Both the position numbers and the translations under genes were made by a program. From an uncultured delta proteobacterium (GTDB lineage Bacteria > Myxococcota_A > Polyangia > Fen-1088), in contig CAVWIP010000010.1 in NCBI GenBank assembly GCA_963755125.1, positions 224,001 through 288,000 of the forward strand: a stretch of DNA of 64,000 nt, given 5' to 3'. Numbering within the stretch: position 1 is the stretch's first letter; each line of letters opens with the position of its first letter. This document shows, in pieces, positions 18,729 through 28,104 of the stretch. The notes under the pieces are model-generated. The model was not told the origin of the DNA. It ran no database searches and saw only the letters and a program-made list of their open reading frames with translations.

Positions 18729-21700
18729 ATGAAGCGTAAAATATCGGTCAGCGGTTTGATGGCGCAAGTGCGCCGTCACGCGAAGCTTTTCGTTCTGGGA
18801 GGGGCGCTCTGTGGCTTGGCATGGACCGCAGACTGCAGTGTCGACAACAAAGTGAGTGTTCTAGCGGACGGTTCGGCGGGATCGGGAGCAAGCGAGGCGG
18901 GACCGTCGCGGCCTGAGGCTGCAATCCAGAGTATTCCTGAGCCGTCTTTCACGGATGGCGGCCTCGTCTGTCCGACCACTTGCAGCGTGGGAGCCACGCA
19001 GTACTGTGGCGACATCAACAATTGCGGACAGACATTGCATTGCGGCGACTGTCCGACCGGTCTGCAGTGCGCCAACAGCGTGTGCGTGGGGACGAATTGC
19101 CTCCCGGGGTGCAGCGTTGCGGGCGGGGACTATTGTGGAACCATTGGGGACGGCTGCGGTGGGCAACTCAACTGTCCAGCCACCTGCCCAAAGACCGGCT
19201 GGACATGCGGGACGGACAGCATTTGCAAGGGGGCGCCACCCTACTGCACGCCAGTGACTTGTCTGACGAGTTCAGGAGACCACTATTGTGAAACCATCGG
19301 CGACGGCTGCGGCAACACGCTCGATTGCGGGAATGATTGTCCCACGGGATGGGATTGTGTCAACAACCTGTGCGTGGGTCCACCGACAGTGTGCACGGCA
19401 CTGACCTGCGGGACTTCGGGCGGTGACCACTACTGCGGGACAGTTGGCGACGGCTGTGGCGGGACGCTCGCGTGTGGAGACGACTGCCCGGCGGGATGGA
19501 CTTGCGGAACCGACAACATCTGCAAGGCCACGCCGCCTGTCTGCACGCTGGCCTCGACATGCGACACGCCAGGCGGGGGACGCTACTGTGGCCAGGTCGG
19601 GGACGGATGCGGAGGCACGTTGAACTGTCCGGCGGATTGTCTGCAGCCTGGATGGATCTGCCAGGACCATCTGTGTATAGGGCCCGACCCGGTGTGCACC
19701 AAGATCACCTGCGCGACCTCCAGCGGAGACCACTACTGCGGAATCGTGGGCGACGGTTGCGGCGGTTCGCTGGTTTGCGGAGACGACTGCCCGGCGGGAT
19801 GGACCTGTGGGACCGACAGCATCTGCAAGGGGGCACAGCCTTTCTGTGACCCGCTCACCTGCGCGACTTCCAGCGGCGATCACTACTGCGGCACCGTGGG
19901 CGACCGTTGCGGCGGCACTCTGACATGTGGCAACGACTGTCCCGCGGGCTGGACATGTGGGGCTGACAGCATTTGCAAGGGAGGCGCCGCGTGCACGCCG
20001 GTGACATGCGCGGCATCGAATGGCGACCAGTACTGCGGGACAATCGGGGACGGTTGCGGAGGCTCGCTTGACTGCGGCACCACCTGTCCCAAGGCCGGGT
20101 GGACATGTCAGAACAATGTGTGCAACGGCGGCACATCATGCACGCCGCTGACCTGCGTGGCGTCGAGTGGGGACAACTACTGTGGAGCCATCGGCGACGG
20201 TTGCGGCGGCACGCTTGACTGCGGCACCACCTGTCCCAAGGCCGGGTGGACGTGCAACAGCGGCTTGTGCAAAGGTGGCCCCGACTGCGTAGCGAACACC
20301 TGCACCACCACGACAGGCGATCAATACTGTGACGACATTGGGGACGGGTGTGGATCAACTGTACACTGCGGGACCACCTGCGCGAAGGCCAACTGGACCT
20401 GCCAGGACGGCCTGTGCAAGGCAGGGCCTGCAGCCAACTGCGTGCCGCTGGCCTGCACAACCACGAATGGTGACCAGTATTGCGGCGTGGTGGGGGACGG
20501 GTGCGGATCAAAGGTGGATTGCGGAACCACCTGCAGCAAGACCGGATGGACCTGCCAGGGCGGCCTCTGCAAGGGACCGCCAGGGGTGTGCGCGTCGCTC
20601 ACCTGCAAGCCGGCCTCGGGCGGGCAGTACTGCGGAACCGTGGGCGATGGCTGCGGCAACTCACTCCCTTGCGGCACGGACTGTTCGGCTTCTGGTGCGA
20701 ACTGGGTGTGCGGAAGCAACAACGTGTGCGTGGGCGGGCCTGACTGCGTGAAGGTTTCCTGCAACAACGCCAGTGGTGTGCAGCAGTACTGCGGCAACGT
20801 GGGCGACGGCTGTGGCGCGACGCTGGGCTGCCCGGCGACATGCGCGAACGGAACGCCCTGCGGTGCGATCACGGCCAATGTCTGCGAGCCTTGCGGCGGC
20901 TTGTGCCTGAATCGGGTCCGCTGCAGCGGCACGGCCACCACCAGCATCAGCGGCACAGTGTACGACCCTGCAGGCTACAACCAGCTATACAATGTGATCG
21001 TCTCCATCCCGAACCTCGCGATTGCGACACTGGATCCGATCACCACGGGGACGGTGACATGCTCCACTTGCGACGGCCAGGTGTCCGGCCAGCCTATTGC
21101 TTCCGCGCTGACCGATGCCAACGGCCACTTTGTCCTCAATAACGTGCCCTGGGGCGTTGATTTCCCGCTGGTCATGCAACTTGGAAAGTGGCGGCGGCAG
21201 ATCACGATTCCCAAGTCGATGGTCACCAACCAGTGTGGGGACAATCCCATCACCGAGACCAAGCCGGTATCGTTGTTGCGCCTGCCCAGGAACATTCACG
21301 ACGGGGACAACAATGGGCTGTACACCAGTATACCTAAGATCGCCATAGCGGCTGGCAATGCCCAGAGTCCCGACAAGACCGCTACCGAGCGCCTGCAATG
21401 CCTGCTTCGTCGGATAGGCGTTGATGCATCTGAATTTACTCTGCCCGGCGGCACAGGCTCGGTCAGCTTGTACAATCAGTCGAAGAACTCAGACACGTGC
21501 AACACAATATCGGGGATAACGGGAACATTCCCTGATGCGACGACGAGCCTTTGGGACAAACAGGCTGACTTGAACCAGTACGACGTCATTCTGCTCAACT
21601 GTGGCGGCGCCGAGGAGGATCCCACTTCCGCGGCGGGTCAGGCCTTCATTCCAAACCCGGTTGCGGTCAATCTGATGCAGGCCTATGTCAATGCCGGTGG

Positions 21701-22586
21701 CCGCGTGTTTGCCGAACACTTCCACTGGGCATGGATCCGTGGGTTCACGGGCTATCCTTCCGTCTTCGGTAATGTGGCAACCTGGTATAATGACCCTGGT
21801 GAACCAAACCCTGGGACCGGGCAAATCGGAGCGGTTTCACGGGATACCCTCATTGACCAGTCATTCCCCAAGGGTGTGGCGTTCGCTAGCTGGCTTCTGA
21901 ATGTCGGTGCAACTACAACTCCCGGACACCTGACGCTGTCAAGCAGCGTGAAATACACTGCCATCGACCAGATCAAGCCGCCTTCGCAGCGATGGATCTT
22001 CGAAGCCCTGCCCCCCGACGGTGGTGTTTCGCCCCCGGACGCGGGTTTCACTGGTACGCCGGCGCAATATACACATTACTTCTCTTTCAACACTCCGATT
22101 GGAGCGGCTGAATCAGTTCAGTGCGGGAAGTTTGTCTACACGGCATTGCATGTCAGCGATGCCGCATCAACTGGCTTCCCAGGAGATCCGTCCACGGGCA
22201 GCACGGTATTTCCCACTTGCTGCGCCACTCGCACCGCTCTCTCAGCGCAGGAGAAGGCTCTCGAATTCATGATCTTCGACCTCTCGGGTTGCGTCAGCCC
22301 GGTCGAGTTGCCGCCCACACCGCCGCCCGTGGCCGGGGCCACGGCCAGTGCACCTCCGGCACCGCCGCCGCCACCACCACCGCCAGCGCCACCTGCGGCA
22401 GTGCCGCCCAGTACTCCGCCGGCGACGCCGCCACCGCCACCGCCGCCAGCGACTGTGCTTCCGGCCCCACCGCCGCCGCCACCACCGCCAGCGTCTCCGC
22501 CGGCCTCGGTGCCCCCTGCGGCAACGCCAGCGCCACCGCCGCCACCACCGCCGGCGCCTCCGCCCGGAATCATTCGCATTCCATAA
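18729..22586 (+). CDS. Giant Cys-rich repeat protein 3 (13 repeats; head nearly identical to gene 1; Pro tail)
   Basis: GAGAGG RBS before ATG 18729; signal ending WTADC; same architecture. Confidence 0.9.
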   Translation: MKRKISVSGLMAQVRRHAKLFVLGGALCGLAWTADCSVDNKVSVLADGSAGSGASEAGPSRPEAAIQSIPEPSFTDGGLVCPTTCSVGATQYCGDINNCGQTLHCGDCPTGLQCANSVCVGTNCLPGCSVAGGDYCGTIGDGCGGQLNCPATCPKTGWTCGTDSICKGAPPYCTPVTCLTSSGDHYCETIGDGCGNTLDCGNDCPTGWDCVNNLCVGPPTVCTALTCGTSGGDHYCGTVGDGCGGTLACGDDCPAGWTCGTDNICKATPPVCTLASTCDTPGGGRYCGQVGDGCGGTLNCPADCLQPGWICQDHLCIGPDPVCTKITCATSSGDHYCGIVGDGCGGSLVCGDDCPAGWTCGTDSICKGAQPFCDPLTCATSSGDHYCGTVGDRCGGTLTCGNDCPAGWTCGADSICKGGAACTPVTCAASNGDQYCGTIGDGCGGSLDCGTTCPKAGWTCQNNVCNGGTSCTPLTCVASSGDNYCGAIGDGCGGTLDCGTTCPKAGWTCNSGLCKGGPDCVANTCTTTTGDQYCDDIGDGCGSTVHCGTTCAKANWTCQDGLCKAGPAANCVPLACTTTNGDQYCGVVGDGCGSKVDCGTTCSKTGWTCQGGLCKGPPGVCASLTCKPASGGQYCGTVGDGCGNSLPCGTDCSASGANWVCGSNNVCVGGPDCVKVSCNNASGVQQYCGNVGDGCGATLGCPATCANGTPCGAITANVCEPCGGLCLNRVRCSGTATTSISGTVYDPAGYNQLYNVIVSIPNLAIATLDPITTGTVTCSTCDGQVSGQPIASALTDANGHFVLNNVPWGVDFPLVMQLGKWRRQITIPKSMVTNQCGDNPITETKPVSLLRLPRNIHDGDNNGLYTSIPKIAIAAGNAQSPDKTATERLQCLLRRIGVDASEFTLPGGTGSVSLYNQSKNSDTCNTISGITGTFPDATTSLWDKQADLNQYDVILLNCGGAEEDPTSAAGQAFIPNPVAVNLMQAYVNAGGRVFAEHFHWAWIRGFTGYPSVFGNVATWYNDPGEPNPGTGQIGAVSRDTLIDQSFPKGVAFASWLLNVGATTTPGHLTLSSSVKYTAIDQIKPPSQRWIFEALPPDGGVSPPDAGFTGTPAQYTHYFSFNTPIGAAESVQCGKFVYTALHVSDAASTGFPGDPSTGSTVFPTCCATRTALSAQEKALEFMIFDLSGCVSPVELPPTPPPVAGATASAPPAPPPPPPPPAPPAAVPPSTPPATPPPPPPPATVLPAPPPPPPPPASPPASVPPAATPAPPPPPPPAPPPGIIRIP

Positions 22587-22604
22587 GCCAGCGGCGGCGG
22601 GCAA

Positions 22605-22653
22605 AGGGGCGACCGCCCGGGGCGACCTGCGGTCGCCCGCTCATCACCCCTAC
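22605..22653. repeat. REP-like GC hairpin between convergent genes (possible terminator)
   Basis: GGGCGACC..GGTCGCCC inverted repeat followed by CCCCTAC. Confidence 0.45.
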
Positions 22654-23090
22654 TCCGGCCCTTCGCCCTTTGCCCGCTTCTCATTCACGCGCGCGAGAGC
22701 CTGGCGTGCGGGGCCGGCGCGGCGATCGCCTGCCGTAGCCCAACGCTGCAGCAGTTCCTCGCAGGCGGCCCGCACCTCGTCACTGGCGTCGTAGACTGCG
22801 AAGTGTTGCACGATGGCCGCCGCCTCGGGATCACCGACGGCATCGAGCGCCCTGATGAGGTTGCTCTTGCCGCGCGGCGAGGCCGTGTGCAGCGCGGTCT
22901 CGATCTGCGGCAGGGTGCGGCGGCCCATGCGGGCCAACTGGGCGATGGCCTCGTCCGCTGAACCCCCGCCGGGCTTGGTGAGGGTGTTGATCTGCGCGCC
23001 GATGTCGCGATACGAGCGATCCTCGCAGCCCGCAGCCGCCAGGAACGCCAGCACAAGCCAGGTGCAGGTCGACAGGTTCAGCCTGCGCAC
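22650..23090 (-). CDS. HEAT-repeat-like lipoprotein
   Basis: AGGAG RBS, GTG start, lipobox AAGC; helical repeats and DASDEVRAAC; overlaps the dusB stop. Confidence 0.7.
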   Translation of the reverse strand: MRRLNLSTCTWLVLAFLAAAGCEDRSYRDIGAQINTLTKPGGGSADEAIAQLARMGRRTLPQIETALHTASPRGKSNLIRALDAVGDPEAAAIVQHFAVYDASDEVRAACEELLQRWATAGDRRAGPARQALARVNEKRAKGEGPE

Positions 23091-24175
23091 GTCTTGTCTC
23101 CTGCCTCGCCCCGGCGGCGAAGGTGGCGGGCCATGCAACGAGCCGCCAGGCCGTCAGTGAACAGCACCTCGCTGAGGTCAGCGCGGGCGCGTTCACGCGC
23201 CTCAAGGGCGGCAAAAAAGCTCTCGCCAAGATCAATGACGGCCCCAGGCCGTGGCTCGCGAAAGGCCCGACGGCGCAGATCGGCCCCGCCGTACAGCCCA
23301 CGCGAATACCAGGCCAGGGTCTTGCGCAGCTCGTGCAGACCCATCTTGTCACTGGCGTATTCCACGACCAAATCGGCGTGGCGCCGCCACACGGCCCGCT
23401 GCTCGGCGATGCTGGGTGGGCTCGGCAGCGCAAGGCCGGTCTCGATGGCGTGAATGGCCAGGAACAGCCAGGGATTGCCACGGGCGGCGCGGCCGACCAT
23501 CACGGCGTCACAGCCTGTTTCACTCTTCATGCGGCGGTAGTCGTCCACGGTCTTCACGTCACCGTTGCCGACCACCGGAATCTCGCTGGGCAAGGCCGCG
23601 CGCACCGCCGCGATCGGGCCCAGGCGAACCTGACCGGAGAACCCCTGCTCGCGCGTGCGCCCGTGGACCGTGACCATGGCCGCTCCCGCCTCGACCATGC
23701 GCAAGGCGAATTCAGGCGCGTTTATCGAAGAATCCGACCAGCCGACCCGTTGCTTGACCGTGACCGGGATGGACGCGGGCAAGACCGCGCGCACGGCGCT
23801 GACGATAGCGGCCGCCAGCGCCGGCTCGCGCATGAGAGCCGAGCCGCACTGGCCTGAGGTGACCTTGCGCGCGGGACAGCCCATGTTGATGTCCACCACG
23901 GACGCGCCGGCCTCGGCTGCCAGCGCCGCCGCGCGCGCCAGTACGTCAGGTTCGCGACCGACCACTTGCACGACGAAACGCCGACAGCCCAGGCTGGGCC
24001 ACATGCGCCGCAGGACCCGTTCCGACCCGCGGGTCAGGGCCTCGGCCGAGAGAAACTCGGTGAAGGTCAGGGCCGCGCCATGCTCCTCGCAGATGGTGCG
24101 AAAAGGCAGGTCTGTCACCGCCTCCATGGGCGCGAGCAGGGCGCCCGAGCCGATTTCGACGGGGCCGATACGCAT
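23078..24175 (-). CDS. dusB: tRNA-dihydrouridine synthase (DusB-like)
   Basis: LAPM..VTDLPFR, DINMGCP, VHGRT, GNGDV, GRAARGNPWLF. Confidence 0.9.
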   Translation of the reverse strand: MRIGPVEIGSGALLAPMEAVTDLPFRTICEEHGAALTFTEFLSAEALTRGSERVLRRMWPSLGCRRFVVQVVGREPDVLARAAALAAEAGASVVDINMGCPARKVTSGQCGSALMREPALAAAIVSAVRAVLPASIPVTVKQRVGWSDSSINAPEFALRMVEAGAAMVTVHGRTREQGFSGQVRLGPIAAVRAALPSEIPVVGNGDVKTVDDYRRMKSETGCDAVMVGRAARGNPWLFLAIHAIETGLALPSPPSIAEQRAVWRRHADLVVEYASDKMGLHELRKTLAWYSRGLYGGADLRRRAFREPRPGAVIDLGESFFAALEARERARADLSEVLFTDGLAARCMARHLRRRGEAGDKTCAG

Positions 24176-24252
24176 TGGGAGGTTGAAACCATAGCACGTC
24201 CCCGACACGCGGCGCTGGCCCTCCCGTGCTAAGAGGTGTCCACCACAGCACC

Positions 24253-24588
24253 ATGCGCACCATCGCCCTTCTCACCGCCAGCAACATCTTCATGACCATA
24301 GCCTGGTACGGCCACCTGCGCTGGAAGGGCGTAGCCTTGTGGAAGGTCGTCTTGCTGAGCTGGGGCATCGCGTTCTTTGAGTACTGCCTGCAAGTCCCGG
24401 CCAACCGCTGGGGCCACGGCCAGTTCACGGCCTATCAGTTGAAGATCATCCAGGAAATCATCACGCTGGTGGTGTTCACGGGATTCGCGGCTGCCTGGCT
24501 TGGTGAAGCGCCGCACTGGAACATCGTGGTCGCCTTTCTTCTGATTTTGGCCGCGACAGGCTTCGCGTTTCTCCCGCATCACACCTGA
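24253..24588 (+). CDS. DMT family small membrane protein (DUF486-type)
   Basis: SNIFMTIAWYGHL, SWGIAFFEYCLQVPANRWG, QLKIIQE. Confidence 0.9.
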   Translation: MRTIALLTASNIFMTIAWYGHLRWKGVALWKVVLLSWGIAFFEYCLQVPANRWGHGQFTAYQLKIIQEIITLVVFTGFAAAWLGEAPHWNIVVAFLLILAATGFAFLPHHT

Positions 24589-24704
24589 TGCTGGGCGTCT
24601 CATCTTTATCTGGAATTCTCCCGGATTCAGCTTTACGCTTCCGCCCCGCAGCGGTCCCCTGGGGACCGACGCTCGTTTCCCAAAACCAACAAACGTGGGG
24701 CGTC

Positions 24705-26438
24705 ATGGGGTCAGGCCAGTCATCAAACGAAAAACCGATAACCCGTGCATTGCAGGCCCTGGGGATCTCTGACCCCGCGGCCTTTCTCAAGATTGGTTGC
24801 GCGGGGTTGGCCAGGTTTACCCAGCACCAGCTCTTTGAATGCAGCAAGCGGCTGGGACAAAAGGGAACCTCCAAGCTCAGCAAGAACGCGCTGGCGGAAC
24901 TCATCTGGGAAGAGCTGAGCAGCCTCTTGCAGCCCGCCCGAGCTGAGAAGGGCGCCAAGAAGCCGGAAGAAAAGGCCCCCAGCGCTAAGGCTGCTGGCAA
25001 GACCACCGACGCTTCGATCGAGGTACCCGAGCCAGCCCCCATCTCACACAAGTTCGAACTGGGCTCACATGGCAAGGCCGATGAGCCACGCAACATCCCC
25101 TGGGCATACGGCTACGACCGGGTGACTGGCATGGCGGTGGACCCGGATCGGCTGTTCGTGTACTGGGAGGTCACCGACCAGTCCATGGAACGGGCGCGGG
25201 CCGGCCTGGGCGCGGGCGGGAAGGACGCCTGGCTGAACCTGCGCGTGTACGACAGCACGGGACGCATCTTCGACGGAACCAATGCCCACTCGTATTTCGA
25301 CCACGGGCTCGATCGCGCCGACCGCCACTGGTTCTTCCACATCGGCAAGCCCAGCTCGTCGGCCTTCGTGGATGTGGGTCTGAAGTCGCGCGAAGGCTAC
25401 TTCATCAAGATCGCGCGTTCGGGCCGCATCGACTTCCCCCGGCGCGAGGCCGCACCCTACTCGGAGCCCGAGTGGCTCAGCGTGCGCTCGACCTGGGGCC
25501 CGGTGGAACATGCCGGCCGCGGGCTTCACGGCCGTGGCACGCCGCCAGCGCCGCCGCCCGGCCCAGGCCACGTCGAGTCAGGACCACCTGCCGCCCCACG
25601 CCGGCACGTGGCGCTTCTACCCTGGGAAGAGTCCATCATGCTCGGCGAGGGAGGCCACGCCGAGGTCATCCAATGGGAGGAACACTTCACCGACGGCCAC
25701 AGCGAGTTCCATCGCCAGACATCTTGGGAGAGCCCGGTGACGATCTCGTCGTGGGAGGCCGGGCCGTTCACCCACCCGGTGGAGGCACCCGAGGCGATCC
25801 GCCAGGCCTTCGTCGGCCCCACGCGGGTGTATCGCGTGGGCGGCCGCACCCATGTCGTGCATGGCCCCTGGCAGGTGGTGATCCGCGGGCTGGGCGCCCA
25901 CTATGGCCGCGCGGTGGTGGCCCGCTGGGAGATTTACAAGTCGTGGATCGCCGATGAAGTGAAAGAAACGCACGTACGGGACATCCATCCCGTGCTGCCG
26001 CCCGGGGCTTCGGAGCTGCGCGTGCCCGGCGCCAGTGAACGGCGCTGGCGCTATGCCAGCGAGGCGCGACTCGGTGGCGCGTCGGAGATCTTCTACCTCG
26101 GCGCCAGCGAGGTGAAGGCGCGCGGGGCCAGCGAGCGTATGTACATAGGCGCCAGTCAATGGATGATGCGCGGGGCGAGCGAGCGCCGCTTGGGCGGCGC
26201 CAGCGAGGTGCGGCTAGCCGGAGCGAGCGAGCGCAGACTGGCCGGGGCCAGCGAAAGCCGTCTGGCGGGAGCCAGCGAGCGACGACTGGCCGGGGCCAGC
26301 GAGGCGCGCCTCGGCGGGGCCAGCGAGGCGCATTTCATGGGGGCCAGCGAAGCACGGCTGGCGGATGCCAAGGTCACGGGTGACGGATCCTATCCCTCGC
26401 CCGACTCGATTGGTTCCAAGCCCCCGGTCAAGGAGTAA
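24705..26438 (+). CDS. DUF4912 protein with Rho-N-like N-terminus and C-terminal GASE octapeptide array
   Basis: P..YG.DRV..MAVDP..LFVYWEV and LRVYD motifs; KLSKNAL Rho-N-like helix; start uncertain (24588 or 24705). Confidence 0.85.
   Translation: MGSGQSSNEKPITRALQALGISDPAAFLKIGCAGLARFTQHQLFECSKRLGQKGTSKLSKNALAELIWEELSSLLQPARAEKGAKKPEEKAPSAKAAGKTTDASIEVPEPAPISHKFELGSHGKADEPRNIPWAYGYDRVTGMAVDPDRLFVYWEVTDQSMERARAGLGAGGKDAWLNLRVYDSTGRIFDGTNAHSYFDHGLDRADRHWFFHIGKPSSSAFVDVGLKSREGYFIKIARSGRIDFPRREAAPYSEPEWLSVRSTWGPVEHAGRGLHGRGTPPAPPPGPGHVESGPPAAPRRHVALLPWEESIMLGEGGHAEVIQWEEHFTDGHSEFHRQTSWESPVTISSWEAGPFTHPVEAPEAIRQAFVGPTRVYRVGGRTHVVHGPWQVVIRGLGAHYGRAVVARWEIYKSWIADEVKETHVRDIHPVLPPGASELRVPGASERRWRYASEARLGGASEIFYLGASEVKARGASERMYIGASQWMMRGASERRLGGASEVRLAGASERRLAGASESRLAGASERRLAGASEARLGGASEAHFMGASEARLADAKVTGDGSYPSPDSIGSKPPVKE
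26004..26363 (+). repeat. 15 in-frame 24-bp repeats encoding (G/Y)AS(E/Q)xxxx
   Basis: Unbroken 8-aa period from GASELRVP to GASEARLA. Confidence 0.95.
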
Positions 26439-26444
26439 GCCCCC

Positions 26445-28031
26445 ATGCCAACCGGATACTTCGCGCTGGTCCTGCACGCCCATCTGCCCTTCGTCCGTCA
26501 CCCCGAAGACCCGACGGTGATGGAGGAACAGTGGCTGTACGAAGCCATCAGTGGAACCTACCTTCCGCTCATCCAGATCTTCGAGGGTCTGCAGGCCGAC
26601 GGCGTGCCTTACCGCTGCACGGTTTCGCTTTCGGCGCCGCTCATCAGCATGCTGACCGACGACCTGCTCAAGGTCAGGTACGCCGACCACCTGGACGATC
26701 TGATCCTGCTGGCCGAGAAGGAGCTGGAGCGGACCAAGCCCGAGCCGCAGTACCACCGCCTGGCCGAGATGTACCACAATCGCTTCCTCAGCCTGCGCCA
26801 CACCTGGCGCTGCCACGAGGGCAACCTGGTGGGCGCCTTCCGTCGCCTGCAGGATCAGGGCGGGCTCGAGGTGATCACGTCGACCGCCACCCACGCCTTC
26901 TTCCCGCTCATGGACCGCAACTGGGCCGCGTTGCGCGCCCAGGTGCACACGGCCGCGGATCTCTATGAAAAGCACTTCGGCCGGCGCAGCGCCGGCATGT
27001 GGCTGGGCGAGTGCGGCTACGTGCCGGGCGTCGACGAGCTTCTGCGCGAGGTGGCGATCCGCTACTTCTTCGTCGATAGCCACGCCATCCTGTACGCGGA
27101 TCGGCGGCCGGCCTACGGTGTGTACGCGCCCATCTACTGCGCCACCGGCGTGGCCGCCTTCGGCCGCGACACCGAATCATCGGAGCAGGTGTGGAGCGCC
27201 AAGCACGGCTATCCTGGTGACCCGCACTACCGGGATTTCTACCGCGATATCGGCTTTGACCTGCCTCTCGACTACATCGGGCCGCACATCCACCCGGAAG
27301 GGCACCGGATGTACACCGGCTTCAAGTACCACGCCATCACCCACGACAAACTGCACGACAAATGGGTCTACGACCCGGACGCCGCGCGCGGCAAGGCGGG
27401 GCTGCACGCCTCGCATTTCCGCGGCAACATGGAGAAGCAGGCGCAGCGTCTGGCCGCGGGCATGGACCGGCCGCCCATCATCGTCAGCCCCTACGATGCC
27501 GAGTTGTACGGGCACTGGTGGTACGAGGGTCCGATCTTCCTGTCGGACGTCTATCGCCAGCTTCACTTCGACCAGAGTGTCATCCAGCCCATCACGCCCA
27601 GCGAGTACCTGGATCGGCACCCGACCAACCAGATGGCCACCCCGGCCGCCTCGTCGTGGGGCCTCAAGGGCTATGGCGAGCAATGGGTGAACGAAAGCAA
27701 CGCCTGGACCTGGCGCCACATCCACGCCGCCGGCGAGCGCATGGTGGACCTGGCTCGACGCCACTGGGGCGCCACCAACCCGCTCACCGTGCGGGCGCTC
27801 AAACAGGCGGCCCGCGAGTTGATGCTGGCCCAGGCCAGCGACTGGACGTTCATCATGGCCACCGGCACCACGGTGCCCTATGCCACGCGAAGGTTCAACG
27901 AGCACATCGTCCGTTTCACCCGGCTCTACGAAGAACTCAATAAGGGCACGGTGGACGAGCCCTTCCTGGCCAGCATTGAAGCACAAGACAACATCTTCCC
28001 GGACATCGACTACCGCATCTACGCCACCTAG
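26445..28031 (+). CDS. GH57 1,4-alpha-glucan branching enzyme (DUF1957)
   Basis: LHAHLPFVRHP, EEQWLYEAI, WLGECGY, PYDAELYGHWWYEG, QASDWTF. Confidence 0.93.
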   Translation: MPTGYFALVLHAHLPFVRHPEDPTVMEEQWLYEAISGTYLPLIQIFEGLQADGVPYRCTVSLSAPLISMLTDDLLKVRYADHLDDLILLAEKELERTKPEPQYHRLAEMYHNRFLSLRHTWRCHEGNLVGAFRRLQDQGGLEVITSTATHAFFPLMDRNWAALRAQVHTAADLYEKHFGRRSAGMWLGECGYVPGVDELLREVAIRYFFVDSHAILYADRRPAYGVYAPIYCATGVAAFGRDTESSEQVWSAKHGYPGDPHYRDFYRDIGFDLPLDYIGPHIHPEGHRMYTGFKYHAITHDKLHDKWVYDPDAARGKAGLHASHFRGNMEKQAQRLAAGMDRPPIIVSPYDAELYGHWWYEGPIFLSDVYRQLHFDQSVIQPITPSEYLDRHPTNQMATPAASSWGLKGYGEQWVNESNAWTWRHIHAAGERMVDLARRHWGATNPLTVRALKQAARELMLAQASDWTFIMATGTTVPYATRRFNEHIVRFTRLYEELNKGTVDEPFLASIEAQDNIFPDIDYRIYAT

Positions 28032-28104
28032 GCGTAGCGGCAGCCGACCGTCGACAGTCCACCGTTCGCAGCCCGGAGTCGGAAGCGGCCCCCGGCAAGC
28101 CGGG

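Noticed and set aside
9400..20830. CRISPR array in the ~150-bp periodic repeats
   Set aside because: Repeats are in-frame coding units with wobble variation; no constant repeat with unique spacers; no cas genes
12248..22329. Diversity-generating retroelement (TR/VR) explanation for the near-identical heads
   Set aside because: No reverse transcriptase; both copies are long coding regions; differences are not confined to adenines
26004..26363. RiPP precursor or CRISPR for the GASE array
   Set aside because: Fused to DUF4912 inside a glycogen operon; no modifying enzyme, protease or transporter adjacent
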